Virus record (IMG/VR): IMGVR_UViG_3300029305_003918
Source: a virus
DNA length: 64,000 bases
Strand: one strand, 5' to 3'
Positions 62,493 through 64,000 of the stretch are shown here, piece after piece; the first letter of the stretch is position 1; each line of letters starts with the position of its first letter. The notes beneath the pieces are model-generated. The model made no database searches. It was given only the letters and a program-made list of their open reading frames with translations, and was not told where the DNA came from. The position numbers and the translations under genes are program-made.

Positions 62493-64000
62493 ATGAAAGT
62501 AGTAATTACTAAGAAATTCAAGGAAGAATATAAGAAACTCTTTGATGATTTACAGATTGATGTAGCTCAATATGGTGTTTCTCTTCAAGAGGGTGAATTA
62601 GCTACTTATTTTAACGCCTTACAGGTTGCAAGAGAGCATGGTAAGAACTTAAGTAATAAGTTTTATCGTCTCCCATTAGAGGAGCCACCTTTTGAAGTTG
62701 ACATGGATGCCCGTACAATTACCGTACCCAACGAATTCAAAAATGTTGGTGTTGGTGTTAAGGGCGATACCAATGCTGAAATTATTTTCTTTAAAGTCCC
62801 TCGTTGGTTTGATGCAATGGACTTAAATGAAACTCTATGCGTGGTACAGTGGTACAATGCAAATAACAAGAAGGTAAAGCAGGGCAACTCTCCTGTTATT
62901 TTAACTGACGTTTATTCAGAGGAAGTTGTAATTAACGCTGAGACTGGTGAGACCGAGTCTCATGACTTTGTTCTTCTTGGTTGGGTTATTACTAATGAGA
63001 TGACTGAGCAGAGCGGCTCTATCGAATTTGCTCTTCGTTTCTACGCTCTTGACTATGGTACCGATCCTGCAACAATCACTTATAGTGTTGCTACTCAGAA
63101 GAGCTCTTGCGCAATTAAGGGTACTCTTGATCTTGATGTGGTTGGTGCCGAATTAGATACTGACTTGGAGAACTTGATTCGTACTCGTCCAGTATACTCT
63201 GGTGTAATTAACTCTCTTGATGGTGCTGCACCTACTATTGTTCTTGATTTGGATAATACCGTTGAATATGAACTTAGTACTGATGTTGAGGGTTATGAAG
63301 ATTATGCCGAATTAAAGGATGAAGATGGTAATCTATTGTACCCAGATGGTATTCTTCGTTTAGCTGTTAAAGGCGAATCTCCAAACAAGGATCAGGGCGG
63401 TGAAGTTGTATATCGCTGGTATCGTGGTAAAGAACAACTTTATGACGTTCTTGAGAATGTTGTAGAAGAAGATGAGGAATATGTAGTTACCACTGCTGGT
63501 ACTTATTTCGCACAAATTGGTAATAAGACTGCAGCTTCCGGTACTCGTTGGATTAACACTAAGACCGCAACAATTCCTGCTGCCGCAGAATTGAAGCATG
63601 GTGATATTAGTAAGTTCCCAATTAAAATGTATTCCTTGGGTGAGACTCCATCCGCAGAAGAAGGACAAACTACTTATACCAATAAGTTAATCTTTGATGT
63701 CACTGGCTACAATAAGCCTGCAGATGTGAAGTATACTTGGACTCTTGACGATGTAGAAGTAACTGATGGCGTAGACGGAAATACTTATATTCCTCCAAAG
63801 GATACAGAAGGTATTGTTTCTTGCCATGCAATTAATTATCGCAACAATACAAAGTCTGAGCCATTGGCAGTTGGCACCCCTTGCGTTTTGCGCGCTTGGC
63901 CAGATAAGCCAACTGAAGTTAAGTTGACTTATAATGATTCTAAGATTACTGCAGAGCCTATTTTCCCATTAGATAGTAAATCTGCAATCCATCCAGAAGA
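62493..64000 (+). CDS. Large structural or Ig-like protein, partial (at least 502 aa; continues past the right edge of the window)
   Basis: ATG at 62493 after SD GAAAGGGG. The open frame runs to the end of the window with no stop, and it is absent from the track because it is truncated. Confidence 0.5.
   Translation, partial: MKVVITKKFKEEYKKLFDDLQIDVAQYGVSLQEGELATYFNALQVAREHGKNLSNKFYRLPLEEPPFEVDMDARTITVPNEFKNVGVGVKGDTNAEIIFFKVPRWFDAMDLNETLCVVQWYNANNKKVKQGNSPVILTDVYSEEVVINAETGETESHDFVLLGWVITNEMTEQSGSIEFALRFYALDYGTDPATITYSVATQKSSCAIKGTLDLDVVGAELDTDLENLIRTRPVYSGVINSLDGAAPTIVLDLDNTVEYELSTDVEGYEDYAELKDEDGNLLYPDGILRLAVKGESPNKDQGGEVVYRWYRGKEQLYDVLENVVEEDEEYVVTTAGTYFAQIGNKTAASGTRWINTKTATIPAAAELKHGDISKFPIKMYSLGETPSAEEGQTTYTNKLIFDVTGYNKPADVKYTWTLDDVEVTDGVDGNTYIPPKDTEGIVSCHAINYRNNTKSEPLAVGTPCVLRAWPDKPTEVKLTYNDSKITAEPIFPLDSKSAIHPE

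Noticed and set aside
1-64000. Integrase, attachment sites, tRNA or rRNA genes, and prophage boundaries
   Set aside because: None were recognisable in this window. Both ends are inside genes, so integration status cannot be judged.

Overview
This window looks like part of a large tailed phage or prophage with two very different modules. All coordinates that are not taken from the ORF track were counted by hand and may be off by 1-2 nt.

(1) Positions ~1-8030 have roughly mid-50s % GC by eye. They hold a leftward (minus-strand) array of at least 16 small genes. Nearly every gene has its own near-consensus sigma-70/sigma-A promoter. Each promoter has an A-rich UP-like element, a -35 TTGACA, an exactly 17-bp spacer that usually ends in an extended -10 TGn, and a -10 TATAAT or TATACT. 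Each gene also has a conserved initial transcribed sequence GTCGAAAGG, a strong Shine-Dalgarno sequence AAAGAGGTAA, and often a hairpin terminator. The encoded products include a DEDDh 3'-5' exonuclease (cut by the window edge), an AbrB/SpoVT-like regulator, a HAD-type 5'(3')-deoxyribonucleotidase, two paralogous small proteins, and several membrane or unknown small proteins. Two plus-strand consensus promoters point into apparently non-coding DNA: one is antisense to the AbrB-like gene, and one drives a ~400-nt candidate structured RNA. The array resembles a tandem host-takeover or moron module. No gene in it contains an in-frame TAG.

(2) From a divergent promoter pair at ~9821-9896 onward, GC is roughly mid-30s % by eye. 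This is a rightward late or structural module: terminase, a homing-endonuclease-like insert, portal, head genes, major tail, a giant tape measure, giant distal tail and fibre proteins, and a 2437-aa fibre with BspA-type leucine-rich repeats at its C-terminus. In this module TAG (amber) is a sense codon, most likely read as glutamine, though the amino acid cannot be determined from the sequence. The tape measure gene is a single ~11.4-kb frame with about 40 in-frame TAG codons and no in-frame TAA or TGA. The next gene is ~6 kb with more than 20 TAGs. Portal, terminase and others carry TAGs as well. All genes end in TAA or TGA. As a result the supplied six-frame ORF track fragments these genes.

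TAG density is strikingly uneven: head, capsid, tail-tube and fibre genes are TAG-free, whereas a 249-codon gene carries 14 TAGs. No tRNA, rRNA, CRISPR array or integrase was found in this window.
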